From: Eledone cirrhosa
Lineage: Eukaryota
Assembly: GCA_964016885.1 (NCBI GenBank)
Contig: OZ024742.1
Coordinates: 362,018,001 to 362,082,000 of the forward strand
Direction of reading: 5' to 3'
DNA: 64,000 nucleotides
The notes beneath the pieces were generated by a model. The model was not told the origin of the DNA, ran no database searches, and was given only the letters and a program-made list of their open reading frames with translations. A program made the position numbers and the translations under genes. Shown piece by piece: positions 27,387-41,753 of the stretch (the first letter of the stretch is position 1; each line of letters opens with the position of its first letter).

Positions 27387-27886
27387 GTATTATTGTAAAC
27401 ACCTGATCATTTTGCAGACTAAGAGAACTTGTTAATACAACCACTTAATGAAAACCCTTTGTTTGCTTAGAATAAATGAACCTTAAAAATTAGGAGTGCC
27501 TGCATTTATATCAATCTGTATCACTATGTATTTTTCTCTAAATATAGTTTTTTCAAAGAATCCCTATTCTTTAAACCTATCAGCCAATGACCTCCATCCA
27601 TCCCAACCACCACCTTCCCTACCACCAGAAAATTTATAAATACCAACATATTACATTGACAGTCGGCTTTCATGATGATTTACTTCGAATGAAACATTTC
27701 TAGTCCTGTAGAAGCCATTGTGTATATATATATTATATAGATATATCTATCTATATATATTATATATATATATAGATGAGATTTTACAGGACTAGAATAA
27801 CTTACCTTATATATATATACATAGGTAGAACACTGGAAGGTAATATCCGTAGTGGTAGAGCACTCACTCCATGGGACGAGTTAGGT

Positions 27887-28143
<257 letters not shown>

Positions 28144-28333
28144 TATATATAATATATTATATTATATTTAGAGTTTAAACTCAAACAGTCATTTACAATT
28201 AATTAGCTCAAAGAAAGAAGCATTTCTGAGCCGTGAAATACAAGTTAATATAAATTAATATATGATAAACACGTAAGTGTTTGCATTGTAAAAGACGAAG
28301 TTAGCTAGAATGAAATAAACTAATTCAAATAAA

Positions 28334-28462
<129 letters not shown>

Positions 28463-28520
28463 CTGAGGTTTTTTTTACAAAATGAAAAATAACCGAGGTG
28501 TCCTACACGAGTGAAAGTAT

Positions 28521-28809
28521 AAAGAAAAAAAGAGGAAATCGAAAATGCAACTGGAGTCTTATTTAAAAAAATATATATATATTTATTTGGTTCCTTTACC
28601 GGTTTCGCAGTTCTTCTGCTTTTCAAAAGTAGAGTTGAGATGGAGGGTCTGTGGATTTTCTCACATGGGAGAAAAACCACAGACCCTCCATCTCAACTCT
28701 ACTTTTTAAAAGCAGAAGAACTGCGAAACCGGTAAAGGAACCAAATAAATATATATATATTTTTTTAAATAAGACTGCAGTTGCATTTTCGATTTCATCT
28801 TTTTTTTTT

Positions 28810-28815
<6 letters not shown>
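28521..28815. repeat. Fold-back palindrome, about 140-bp arms, with HHR-like gcag-aagaa-ctgc GAAA ccgg TA
   Basis: Arms are reverse complements around TTTTCTC-acatgg-GAGAAAA. Confidence 0.85.
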
Positions 28816-28845
<30 letters not shown>

Positions 28846-29432
28846 CAAAATAACAGGAGGCATGTACTGGTGTAAATCTTTGAATGGTTTATTAATCTAT
28901 GATCATTTCAATGACCGGGTTCAGTATGAATCCGGTGACACCATCAGGTAATTCAAAATATAACGAAGGAATATAGCAGATAAAAATCCATGGTGTTTAA
29001 ATCGGAGACAAGAGGGCGGCTGGTATTTTAGCAACTTGTAGCTGCGTCGACCACCCCTCAGTGCTGATATCGGGGCGCAAGCCTTAATATACTACTACCA
29101 TCCCGTCAGATGGAAGTGTCAGCGCTGAGGTCACGCGTCAATCAGGCTGGTCAGGCATGCTCGATATTGCCGCGAAAGAGATTAAAAAGGGAGAGAGTGT
29201 GTTTGAAGGAAAGAGAGATAGAGAGTGACAGAGAGAGTAAAACATAGAGAGAGTGTAGGAGAATAAAAAACAGAGAGATTGACAGAGTGAGTGAGAAATA
29301 GAGTGTGTGTAATTGATATAGAGAGAATGTGATAATTAACATATATATAAAAGTAAATAACAAAAACAATAACAAGGTGTTCAGTTACGAACAGTGTTGG
29401 TATTAGGTTTGCGCTTGAGAGTGAAAGTGGGG

Positions 29433-29466
29433 GACGACGTTTCGGGCATAAGCCCTTAATCAGGAG
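29433..29466 (-). ncRNA. Degenerate minimal hammerhead
   Basis: Minus strand CTGATTA a-gggc-ttat-gccc GAAA cg TC; one core mismatch and a weak stem I. Confidence 0.55.
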
Positions 29467-29490
29467 AAAGGTGGGAAGGAAAGAGTTCCG

Positions 29491-29553
<63 letters not shown>

Positions 29554-29589
29554 AAAGACATGAAAAAGGGGGGGAAAATTAAAATGAAG

Positions 29590-30351
29590 GAAAAAAAATG
29601 AAAGGCAGACTGTATGATATCTGCATACGAACATCAATGTTAAATGGTAGTGAGACCTGGGCGTTGTGTGTAGGAGACTTGTGCAGATTAGAAAGAAACG
29701 AAGCTTGCATGCTCCGATGGATGTGTAATAGTAATATATGCGAACGGCAAAGCATAAACGAATTGAGAGAGAGACAGAGCATAAGAGGAATCAAATGCTG
29801 TGTGCAGGAGAGGAAGTTGCGCTGGTATGGACATGTGATGCATATGAAGGATGACAGCTGCATAAAAAGGTGCAGAGCACTAGAAGTCGATGGAAGCTGT
29901 CGAGTGGGGAGACCCGAGAAGACCTGGGATGAAATGATAAAAGCGGAACTTACCCAATTGCCCCTCTCAAAGGCGATGACACACGACCGTGACTTCTGGC
30001 GTCACGCAGTAATACAGAAGACCCGACTTCTCACGAGTACAAGCTGAAGCTGAAGCATATAGACAATATGCCCCCCCCCCCACACTGCAAAGTGGTCGTG
30101 GCGGTGCCACGTCAAAAAAGTACCCAGCCCACACTGTAAAGTGGATGTGCAGGCGCCACGGAAAAAGGCACCCAGAACTCACTGTAAATGAGATTGGTGT
30201 TAGGAAGGGCATCCAGCTGTAGAAATCATGCCAGAATCAGTTCCAGTATGAGCAAGACAAGGTAAGCCGACCGGACACTGCCCACAACAGGACAACCCAT
30301 CTAACCCATGCTAGCGTGGAAGAATGGACGTAAAACGGTGATGATGACGAT
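29590..30351 (+). mobile_element. RTE-clade LINE 3' fragment
   Basis: [38 protein letters not shown]; paralog of 23377-24717; (GAT)n tail. Confidence 0.9.
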
Positions 30352-30470
30352 ATATATATATATGCCTATGTATGTAAAAGGTAAACAGAAATAGCAAAAT
30401 ATAACACAATAAACGACTAAGAACCTTGAAGAAATATATTAGTTTAACGCTCGAAATTGTAGAAATAGAG

Positions 30471-30506
30471 TCTTAACCTTTCGGACACTAGTTCTTCATC
30501 AGAAGA
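30471..30506 (-). ncRNA. Minimal hammerhead-like motif
   Basis: Minus strand tctt CTGATGA agaactagtgtcc GAAA gg TT aaga. Confidence 0.55.
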
Positions 30507-30566
30507 TAGAGTTAAAATAGAAGATAAATAGAAGGGAAAAGTGATGAGGTGAAGGAACAGGGAAAA

Positions 30567-30614
<48 letters not shown>

Positions 30615-31104
30615 GCACGTGTGTGTTGTGTGCGTGCGTTTGTGTGTGCATGTGCTTATATCTCCTAATTTGCGGTTCCACAAAAAGCGATCGATAAAAT
30701 AAGTACCGGCCTTGAAAGCATAAGTACGACAATAATTGATACGACAGAGTAAATCAAAGCGGTTCCCCCAACATGGCAGCGTTGTAATGACTGAAACTAG
30801 TAATGCTATTTTTATTCCCTCCCTGAATCAAAGATACTCTAAAAAAACCATTGGCTCTACTGTATTTAATACCAATAAACCCCAGCATTAGAAGACATTA
30901 TTTCAATAGTAATTACTATACCGTAGCTTTACGAAAGGAAAACACGGAAATAGAGCCAAGAATACCGCAGACATAAGAATAGTTTACTAAACAGCGGCAG
31001 TTTATTAATACAAGCCATTACATTGGATCTGAGCTGAAAATAACATCCACTCACATACACATACATATACATACATATAAACACATACATATACATACAT
31101 ATAA

Positions 31105-31141
<37 letters not shown>

Positions 31142-31434
31142 CTTATAAACACATACATATAGATACATACATACACACATACATATACACACATATAAAC
31201 ACATACATATACACACATACATATACACACATATAAACACATACATATACACACATACATATACACACATACATATACACATACATGTACACATACATTT
31301 GCACAAATACATATACACACGCACATACATACAGGTCTTTGTATGTGTTGGACCTCCGTCGTTTCTGACGATGATTATTGTTGTTTTTCGATCAACAGAA
31401 ATTATTTCGCAGATATGTGTTACCCGTAACATTA

Positions 31435-31680
31435 AAGAAGGGCATGTGGCTTAGGGAGTTTGGTGCACTTAAGGTTAGGCATTCCTTTACTGACATTGCC
31501 ATTTGTTCTTGAGCAAGAGATTTCACGTTGTTCAAGTTCACTCAGCTATAAAAAGTCAGTTGTATCTGTGATTCAAAGGGAGAGCCTTATCACACATTTT
31601 ACTCCACTGAATCTCCCTGAAAACCAAGTTAAGAGTGCACGTATATGTGAATACTCTGCCACACAATTCATTTTTATTGT
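31435..31680 (+). mobile_element. SINE family B (fragments also at about 2745-2850, 3085-3185, 6900-7100, 7180-7375)
   Basis: Shared block TGAATCTCCCTGA.AAC...GTTAAG.GT.CACGT.T.TGTG..TACTC.GCCAC in both orientations. Confidence 0.6.
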
Positions 31681-32566
31681 CATCAATCATTAATGGTGAT
31701 GGCTCTCTATATCTGCCCAGCTCTATTTATAGGTTTACCCTCTCTTTCACTTATTTCTAACGAAAGTCACTGCTTATGAATAAAAGATTTTTTTTGAAAA
31801 TAAGAAAGAATATGGAGTGGTTTAGTCATATAAGAAACTTACTCATTATTGAGTTGTTCTTTGGAACATAATTTAATACATCTTGATATGAAATCCTAAT
31901 GGATGGTTTTTAGAAAAATATAAACACATCAACACTTTCGTTACAATATTTCTAATGAAAGATATTGCTTAAGTGTTTGGAACATAATGTTAAATATGTT
32001 CTTACATAAAACTTTGAAGGTTTTCAGATATAAATCTGGAGGTTTTCAGTTATACAGGGTTTACGAAAGTCACTGATGTTAATTCAGCAATAACCGGTTG
32101 TGACTAATTCAAAGATAAATAAACTTGCAATGGTGAAACTGCATCTCAATGTTCAGAGTGCACACATGTTAGTTAATAGCAGATGCAGTTGATGTGTTTT
32201 GGTAAAGATACGCTATGTATAAGATAAATAGTTTCGGGTTGTAGAACCATAGACGGTTTCAGAAAGTTTGGTATCAAATAGGTTCAAATATATTGCGAAG
32301 AGTTCATTTATTGATTATTTATTCTTGAATTCTTTTATTAATGTGGATTATCCCAAACCCCAGGCCTTGTTTTATAAATCTAGTCTGGAATTTATTTTTA
32401 CCGATTTTTTTTTATCGACCTAAGTTAGGGAATGAACAAACAGTAAACGCAAACACATAGTCAATCACACTCTCTCTATATATATAGCATTGGGTGCTAT
32501 ATGAACCATTAGTAACTAAACGTTATAATCAGTACATTAAATATGCATCCTGATTGCTACTTCTTG

Positions 32567-32900
32567 TCAGAAGAGTGCCATCCCTTCAGTGAACATTGCA
32601 TGATCATGTGCATGCAGGTGACTTTTCAGACCCACTTTTGTTTTGCAGATACGTTCAGAGATGTGACACTTGAACTGTCTATTTCCTGGTAAAACCAACT
32701 GGGATGTGTCATCATGCATTCTACCATCTCTGGTCAGTCCACCCGTTGACTTGCAAATTAAGTCACACTCACTGCAAATGTACCGTGGAGTGTGTGACGA
32801 TAGAACCATCTAACAGTTGGCTCGATTTCTCCTCGGCTCGTCTGATTTCAGATGGTTAACAAAACCAGCTGTGTCAGAAGAAATCTGCCTCATACATTGC
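32567..32900 (-). pseudogene. Degenerate two-C2H2-finger C-terminus, probably the 3' end of an RTE-type LINE
   Basis: YICSECDLICKSTGGLTRDGRMH..FKCHISERICKTKVGLKSHLHAH; no canonical TGEKP linker. Confidence 0.5.
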
Positions 32901-32922
32901 ATCTCAATTCCTGATTATACGT

Positions 32923-33026
<104 letters not shown>

Positions 33027-33809
33027 CGTATTCCACCTGGATATGGTGAGGCTGATAATTTTGTTAGAACTCAATATGTCCTTAAAAATATGGTTGCAGT
33101 GAAATTAGGCGGTATAACCGGCAGTTTTTGTAGAAGGTGATTACCATTTATGGATTCCTCGAAGAAGATCCGTCCAGATTACAGAGTCATTTTTATATAT
33201 GTGTTTGTGCTTAGAACAATGAATAAAAATACAGACGTCAGACTTAGGTTGTTATTTCATTGTTTTATGATCATTTCAGATTGATCGTGGAAGATCGCTG
33301 TATCAATTATCATGGTAGTGGTTAAGTTACTACCCATTTCTACTTTCGAAATACTTGTTAAATCGGCCGTCTTCTTCAGAATGAACTGTCTATCTAAGTC
33401 TAACTTCTGTCTTTTTCTCATTGTTCTAAGCACAAACACATATATGTATATATACATATATGTATATATACATATATGTATATATACATATATGTATATA
33501 TGTTTATATATATATATATATGCATGTGCACACGCACACGCACACACACATATATATATGTATACATATGTGCATGTGCACACGCATACAAACACACGCA
33601 CACACATACACACATAAATATATATAACTATCAATGATGGTTATATATATATATAAAACCATCATTGTTAGTTATTAGCAGTATTTCTATTGGTTTCGTT
33701 ATTTTTATTTTGGTAGTTTTCACAAATTTTCTGGATTTCTTTGTTACTATTTTCTCTATTTTCTCTTCAGTTTGATGCATTCCAATAGGAGGCCTGTCAG
33801 CTTAGTGCC

Positions 33810-33883
<74 letters not shown>

Positions 33884-36060
33884 TTATATATATTTATATA
33901 TTTATATGTGCCTATATATCTATATATATATATGCACACGCACACATATATTTATATATATATATAAAGCTTTGGGGGGGGGGATGGTTTCTATTTCCCG
34001 TTTGGGGAAATACCTGAAAATACTTTTTTGAAATTTCCATGTTTTGTATTCTTTCTTTCTTTCTTTCTTACTTTCTTTCTTTCTTTCTTACTTACTTTCT
34101 TTCTTTCTTTCTTTCTCTTCTGACGTCATCAGCGTGAATATTTTTATATCATCCATCTGCCACCTCATTCCATCTTTTTCATTCAGCCCCCCCCCCTCCC
34201 CTTGCTGAAATGTTACATGTTGGCTGATTTCTAACGTTTAGCTATTTTCTTTTTTAAGAAAATCTAATTGATTGTTGCAACAGGTCAACTAAGTGCACAG
34301 ACATGTTAATGTGAGGTTAAAAACAGACAGACACACACGCCAGAATTATTCGTACATTATAGGCACTGACTTGGTTGTTGGATTAAGGAGGTCAGTCCTG
34401 CAGCTCGGTACTACGATATTACACCGGAATGCCGCACACATCTGCTTGGAATCATCTCGGTTCGTCAAAGACCCTATTGTGGCTTTAATGCAAAGCTACA
34501 TCTATGCCGTTTGTGTCCACCAAGCAGCTTTCGTTCCTTATTGTCATATAGAACATGACATTCAGATCACTTATTTGGGGTCTGGGTGGGCAACTGTTTG
34601 TAGCTGTGGACACCCTACGCTATATTTATCTGCCAACCCAATAAAACTCTTTCTAAATACGATCTAGATGGCATTGGTATATTCAAGGAATCTAGTTGGT
34701 ACCTATTAGACAGTTGGAATTGTTTATATTCTGACAACCGTTGTGTGTTACTCGCGAGAGGTTAACCTTTGAAAGTTTGAATTTGTTGAATATGAATTGT
34801 GCTCCAGCTTTGATGAATTATAGAACCAGACTCAAGGCAATGTGCGACACTGGATATTGAACTCCGGCCGACCCAGGAGGGGTCACACCCGACTGTGAAT
34901 GGATTGCAACCTCCGGATTCAGTAATCTATACGAAAACCACGTGACGGACATATAAATAACATAGCTGTCATTGACAGTTTTGGCCGTGAGTTTTCTCTA
35001 TTTATATTCTACAGAAATTTGCACTCACTCTAATAAACCCGCTTATTATTGTAACAATATCTGCTTTCCCCTCACTCTGCCATATGTAATTCTGGAAGCG
35101 GAGTTTCCTATATACACTTTCTCTCTATGTGACGGGATAGCCATCACGATTCACATGTATAATTGTATACGGTACGACACTTTGATTGGACACCAACTCG
35201 GACATACAGTGAATTTCACTTGGGACGTTGGGTTGAGCGACCGAACGTGAGGACTTTGGGGGATGCCAGTTACTGCGGACCTGTCGTATTTTCAATTTCC
35301 TCACTTGTGTGCCGGCTGTACATGTACCATACATTTCTTCAACTCATCGTACTTTCTTTTATTTTAGATTTTAGGTGTATATCACAGACCGCCTATGGTG
35401 ATAAATCCCCTGGGTATATGTTTTGGAAAAATTGTGTAATCTCACCTAACGTTCGGAACTGGAACCTATTGATGTGGTTCGTAGGGTGCTGATATGATAC
35501 GGAGAATCGACCTGTTACAAGGCGATATAATTGGAGTACACCATCCTTCCTATGAACTAACATACATGTAAGGTTGCACCACTGCTAACTAACTATTCTT
35601 CTCACAGACTCATGCTTGCAAACTCGCTTAATCTGCCTGTACGCCCTGTTTTTGCACTGCTTGTGCTTTGATGCATCTATGCTCTGCTTTGTTTTTTTTA
35701 TGGGGGGGGGGGGGTTCCTTTATTGTTTTTTATTTTGTATTTTTATATTTATTTTTTTGTTATCTTTGTAATTTTGTACTTTTTTATTGTTTTTTATCAT
35801 GCTGACTAATACCTTCACTCATCCCTTGCTACCCTCTCCCAACCGCTTTATCATCTATTGCACCATTTAAGTGATAACATTTTGGTGTAATTTTTAATTT
35901 TTGATATAATTTTTTATGACATTTTATAACATTATGTGCATCATGTATTCTGTTTTTTTCCATATAGCGCTGGCCTCGGGACTCCCCTGCTGGTCCTTTA
36001 ACCTTGTTCTGGTGATGCAGCTCGATGGAGCATGCAACTATTGATATACTCTTGTTTATA

Positions 36061-36107
36061 AGCTCTGATGATTCCTGCCATGGGGTATGGATGAAACACT
36101 GTTAGGT
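36061..36107 (+). ncRNA. Hammerhead-like motif
   Basis: ct CTGATGA t-tcc-tgcc-atgg-ggta-t-gga-t GAAA cact GTT ag; weak stem I. Confidence 0.5.
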
Positions 36108-36171
36108 AATAAAACAATGTATTTCTAAGCACTCTTTGGTTATTCCTATAATTATATATATATATATATAT

Positions 36172-37477
36172 AGTTGGGCTCTGTAGGCCACCCCAAACAC
36201 CCATACGGCGCTTCAAAGAATGCCTCAACAACATTAAATGCTTTATTCAACAGTGCCATTCTAGTAACATACTTATGATGGGAGACTTTAATTTAAACCA
36301 TGTTGATTGGTCTACAACCAGTTTAAAACCAGTCACTCCCATCGCAACCGCTGACAAAGAAGCAATTGAGTCACTTTTTGACTTTATGAATGCATTTTTC
36401 TTGTCCCAACTTGTCCTTGCACCAACAAGGAATCAGAAGAACATTTTGGATCTAGTATTTAGTAACCACACTAACACTATACATAATATTGCAGTGGAAA
36501 AATCCTTCTTTCAGACCATGACATGGTTCTTTGTAACCTGAGATTCCACCAGTCGAAAGCTAATCCTAGTGACCTCTCTCCAGCCCACCCATTTGATAAC
36601 ATCAAATCTCTATAATGCCAACTCGGATGCAATTATGAATGAGCTATCATATGTTGACTGGTCTTTTACACACGTACACATCTCCACCAACATCAAAACA
36701 TCTTGGCAGATCTTTGAAGACACTGTCACAAATATATGTGCAAAAAACACCCCACCAAGACCTGTGAACAAAACTAAGTGCAGTATCCCCCAAAACAGAA
36801 AATCTATTATCAGAAAAATAAAAAGAACAAACAAAAAATTAACGGACTAAAATACTGCCAAAGGCAACACACACATTCGACGGCTATCGCACTGCTTGAA
36901 TATAAAATAAATATAACCTCCAACAATGCATGAAGACTATCATCAATAACCAAAGAACAGCTAAAGAGAAATGGGCCATTAAGAAGATCAAACTCAACCC
37001 CAAAGTATTCTTTCCATTTGTGAAAAAACACAAGGTCACTGTCTCCAATGCTGGCCCTCTAATTGATGAAAATGGCTCACTCCATGATAATGCCAAAACC
37101 ATGGGTGAGATACCGCAGAAACAATACTGCTCTGTTTTCAGCAATCCTGATATGGCCGATCTGGGCTGAATCAGTGATGTTAATCCCTAACACACTATAC
37201 CGGACATAACATTTGGCGCCCCCGATGTCTTAGCGGCAATAAACGAAATTAAACACAATTCAGCAGTAGGCCCCGATAGGTTCCCTGCTTGTGTCCTGAA
37301 GGGGTGTCGACACCAACTTGCATCTCCTCTTGCTAATTTGTGGAGGAACTCACTGGATGCTAGCTATATTCCTGAAAACTTTCTATCCCAGTCTGTTGTC
37401 CTAGTTTTCAAAAAAGGGAAACAAGTCCCTTGCAGTGAACTCCCGTCCGATCTCACTCACCTCTCATATCATCAAGG
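36172..37477 (+). mobile_element. CR1-type LINE ORF2 remnant (AP endonuclease to RT start)
   Basis: MGDFNLNHVDW..PTRNQKNILDLVFSN..GPD..W..SL; multiple frameshifts. Confidence 0.85.
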
Positions 37478-37504
37478 CAAAGCATTAGAAAGTTTTTGCC
37501 AAGA

Positions 37505-37684
37505 ACGGCAATATTTGATATCATTGTCGGACGCCATGCTTTGCAGCCAAGAGTTACGGCCCTTTATGATCTGAGTTCAAATCGCGCCGAGGTTAACTTT
37601 GCCTTTCATCCTTACGGGGTCGATAAAATAAAGTACCAGTATTACACTGGGATAATTTCTGGCCTTGTGCCAAAAGTAGAAACA
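37505..37684 (+). mobile_element. SINE family A
   Basis: Colinear with 8385-8567. Confidence 0.8.
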
Positions 37685-37889
37685 ATTATTTTAAAGTGAC
37701 CGAATCAATTCAGAAATGGCGGTACTAAATCTTTTATCTTCTCTCTTGAACGAATGACGATGATTGTATCATCTTTCTTTAAATTTTGAAGAGGTGGCAC
37801 CAATATAGTTATACGACTTATCTTTAGCTTTAATTGTTCATTTATAAACTAAGTTACGATCAAGACAGGGCTTTGTCAACTTTGCTGTG

Positions 37890-38492
37890 TATATGAGTGG
37901 CTCAGCTTATGTTGTACACAATTACTCCCAAATCTCTGATGTTGTTGGATGTCACGAGAGTTCCACCTGACGGAAGGGAGTATGGGAGTTTCAGGGAATC
38001 CTCTTTTCGAAAGTGGATTAACTCGAATTTATCCTCATTCAGCAGCATGTTATTTTCCGCCCATTGGATAACAGCCAGTAGATCTGACTGAAGGCAAGTC
38101 CGGTCACCCACCTCATTGATGACCTTCTTTAGCTTGGAATCATCTGCAAAGATTCTTATGTTGCTGTGCTTGATGATGTCAGTAATATCATTAATGTAGA
38201 TGATGAAAAGAAGTGGGCCCAACACAGTGCCTTGTGGAATGCCACTACTGACTTTGGCTAGGTTGGGCTCTATTTGTCAGGAAACACTTGATCCATTGCA
38301 CTAACTTTCCAGACACACCAATATTGGATAGCTTTTTCAATAGAATCTTTTGATCAACCCTGTCAAAGGCCTTGCTGAAATCAAAGTAGACGACATCAGT
38401 GCTGGAGCCCTCTTCCAAAGCTCTCAAAATGTCGTGAAAGTGAGGCAGAAGCTGCGTTAGGCAGTCCCTTCCAATACGGAACCCATGTTCGG
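37890..38492 (-). mobile_element. CR1-type LINE RT core remnant (inverted relative to 36172-37477)
   Basis: HGFR..DVVYFDFSKAFDRV..GIPQGTVLGPLLFIIYIND..IFADDSKL..RDLGV. Confidence 0.9.
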
Positions 38493-38732
38493 GATCTCAC
38501 CAATTACCTTAATGATGTGAGTGAGATCGGACCGTAGTTCACTGCAACGGATTTGTTTATGTTTATATATAGATATTTACACGGAGAGAGAGAGAGAGAG
38601 AGAGAGAGTTAGTAGAATCGAACGGTCCACCGCCTGTAACTGTAGTCAGAAACCTAACCCCCCCCCACATATATATATATACATGTGTTTGTGTGTATAT
38701 GCATATGTATATATAATATATATATGTATATA

Positions 38733-38835
<103 letters not shown>

Positions 38836-38956
38836 GAGCAGTATAAATTTAATTTATATATATATATATATATATATAACGAAGGAAATGTGGTAAGGAA
38901 CCAGGTGGACCATAACGCACCAAAGTACTCAATACTTGAGGTAGTAGAGTGGGTAA

Positions 38957-39031
38957 TAGGAACCAGTAAGACCCCGACAGCTGAGCTCAAGCCGAAACGG
39001 CTTGAGCTCAGCTGTCGGGGTCTTACTGGTT

Positions 39032-39035
<4 letters not shown>
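38957..39035. repeat. Perfect 38-bp hairpin with AAA loop
   Basis: TAGGAACCAGTAAGACCCCGACAGCTGAGCTCAAGCCG-AAA-CGGCTTGAGCTCAGCTGTCGGGGTCTTACTGGTTCCTA. Confidence 0.9.
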
Positions 39036-39076
<41 letters not shown>

Positions 39077-39320
39077 TAAATTTATACTGCTCAGAAGCGA
39101 TTCTTAGAGCTGAAATAATTGTAAATGACCCCATTGAGTGTAAACTCTAAGTTATATTATATATATATACATGTGTTTGTGTGTATATGCATATGTATAT
39201 ATAATATATATATGTATATATATATGTATATATATATATACATGTATATATGTATATATATATATATATATATATTACTTCAAAATATTAATAAATATAG
39301 ACATTCATGTGATCAAATAT

Positions 39321-39384
39321 ATTTTATTATACATATTTCAGAGGTACTGAGCTATTTCATCAGTACGTCCTCATCAGATAAAAT
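39321..39384 (-). ncRNA. Type I hammerhead ribozyme, intact (family of 26609-26669)
   Basis: Minus strand attttat CTGATGA gga-c-gtactga-tgaaatagc-tcagtac-c-tct GAAA tatgta TA ataaaat. Confidence 0.85.
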
Positions 39385-39460
39385 AAATTGATGTCAGACA
39401 TACCTCGACTGTGCTGATGGTTCAAATCCAGTCTTGGCAGTGATTAGTTATGACAAAACT

Positions 39461-39497
<37 letters not shown>

Positions 39498-39499
39498 GT

Positions 39500-40410
39500 T
39501 AAGGATACTATTTATAGTTATGTATATTTTAAACTTTTTATAGTTATGAATATTTTAAACTATAAACAGGGAAGGTCAGTAATTTATTACTACCTTATTA
39601 CCAGTAAGATAAATAGCTCAATGTAAGAACATCAGTTGTTCTACAGAGCAGTTATATAGAATTCACAAGAATCAAAGCTATGTTCAAAGCATTTATTCAC
39701 TTACAATTGTTTCATCAAAACCTAGGCTTGGTGTCTTCGGAACATTTTTCAATGCTTGTACATATAATTGACCTCCTATCCAACGCAAAAGACATACAGA
39801 TACATATATATATATTGATGTACAGTGGAGTGACATATATTATACTATACTTTATTTGTATAGCAAATCAAATTTAAAATCAAAATTTAAAACTAAAATA
39901 GATGCGGCAGATATCACAGATAATGCAAGAGGATAGTTCGGTAATCAGATCTAGTAGATAGTGTATGCGTTAGTCATACATGGAGCATGCAAGTGTGTCT
40001 CATTTATATACGAGTATTGCGTGGCAAGTTATTACATGTGATACAAGCACTTTAAGCGGGTAAGCAAGAGTATTATGGTGGTTGTAGTGGGAGGGTATTT
40101 TTTGTATAGATCAAAAAAGTATGTGTGCAGAAAAAGAAAAAGAAAAAGAAAAAGAAAAAGAAAAAGAAAAAGAAAAGAAAGTTATAGTTTTCGCACCCAC
40201 CACCATTTTCACATTCAGAAAAAAGAAGTTATAGTTTTCACATCCATCACATATGTTACGATGAATTCGTATTGAATGTTTGATGTAGTAAAGGATTGTA
40301 ACGTATTGAGGCTCAGTGTTATTTAATACATATTTATAGAATAGGTTCTTTCTGCTGCGAGAATTTACAGTGGTTTTAAGTAGGTGTGTAATTAAGGGGA
40401 GTTAATGCGT
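39500..40410 (-). mobile_element. Second copy of the Penelope-like 3' UTR/pseudo-LTR at 15378-16215
   Basis: Reverse-complement match; the ORF track gives near-identical 65-aa translations at 15866 and 39680. Confidence 0.8.
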
Positions 40411-40820
40411 AAGGGGGGGGGGGGGTGTAACTAGCTGATTTTCATAACTAAATTCATTGTTCTAACATACATTATATGGTGCCTCAACTGAGTCCCTTAT
40501 ATAAAAGGTTATATATTTATATTTAATTTTAAATACAGTCTACTCTATCATAATATATTAAAGATATCTATAGGAAGTTGATTACTCCTTATTATAATTG
40601 GATTCCTCACTCAAAGTGCTCGATGTTTTGTGTGGTTAATTATACTAATTGGGACAAGAAATGATGTATATATATTATCAAATGATTCTATGGACATGCT
40701 TTACTTTATAGTATTTTACTCTGATTGTTTTATTTATTAATTCTTCATTGAGCCACATCGTGAATGGTTGCCAAAACATATATATATCTGTGACTTTGTT
40801 TAATTGGTGTATATGTAAAC

Positions 40821-40895
<75 letters not shown>

Positions 40896-41064
40896 GCGTG
40901 TGTGTGTGTGTGTGTATTTATGTCCCTTAGTTACTAGGGTAGATATGTTTGACTAGGCATTGTCCCAGCTGGGCCACAGTCTAATGACTGAAACCAATAA
41001 ATAAAGGGACAGAATGAAAGAATAATATAATTTAATTGTAGCATAAAAATAAGAATAAATATAA

Positions 41065-41228
41065 TTGTTTCTACATTTGGCAAAAGGCCAGCAGTTACCC
41101 AGTACATTACTGGTACTTTATTTTATCGACCCCGTAAGGATGAAAGGCAAAGTTAACCTCGGCGGGATTTGAACTCAGACCGTAAAAGGACGTAACTATG
41201 CTGGAAAGCATGGCGTCCGACTACCGAT
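41065..41228 (-). mobile_element. SINE family A
   Basis: Reverse complement of the 8385-8567 family. Confidence 0.85.
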
Positions 41229-41677
41229 AAATCAAAATTCCATCATCGCAACATTTGGTTAGAAGTTTAACGACTTTATATTTCATATTGAAATGTTGAA
41301 TAACTTAATAACAACAATACACAACAAATATATTCAAGTGATAAAAATGAAACAGTGTAAAACCAAAAACCAAAAACAAAAACAAAACAAAAAAAAAACA
41401 AAAAAAAACATAATTAACAACAAAACAATTATGAATGGGAGAAATCATTAAATTTCCCTACTTGAAGATTTTAAAGATGGTTTTAAGATGGTGTTATTTC
41501 GTAACAAATATAGCTTTTAACTATCACTACATTACCGCACATTTGACTTAATAGCTAGAGTATTTCAACGGCAACACTTAAAGAGTTAATGTTCTTTCCA
41601 TATATATATATATATATATATTGTTGTTACACACACAGACACACAGACACACCCGCACACTCAGACAGACACAGACA

Positions 41678-41753
<76 letters not shown>

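Noticed and set aside
32567-32809. Host C2H2 zinc-finger gene
   Set aside because: Fingers are degenerate, lack TGEKP linkers and resemble LINE C-terminal fingers.
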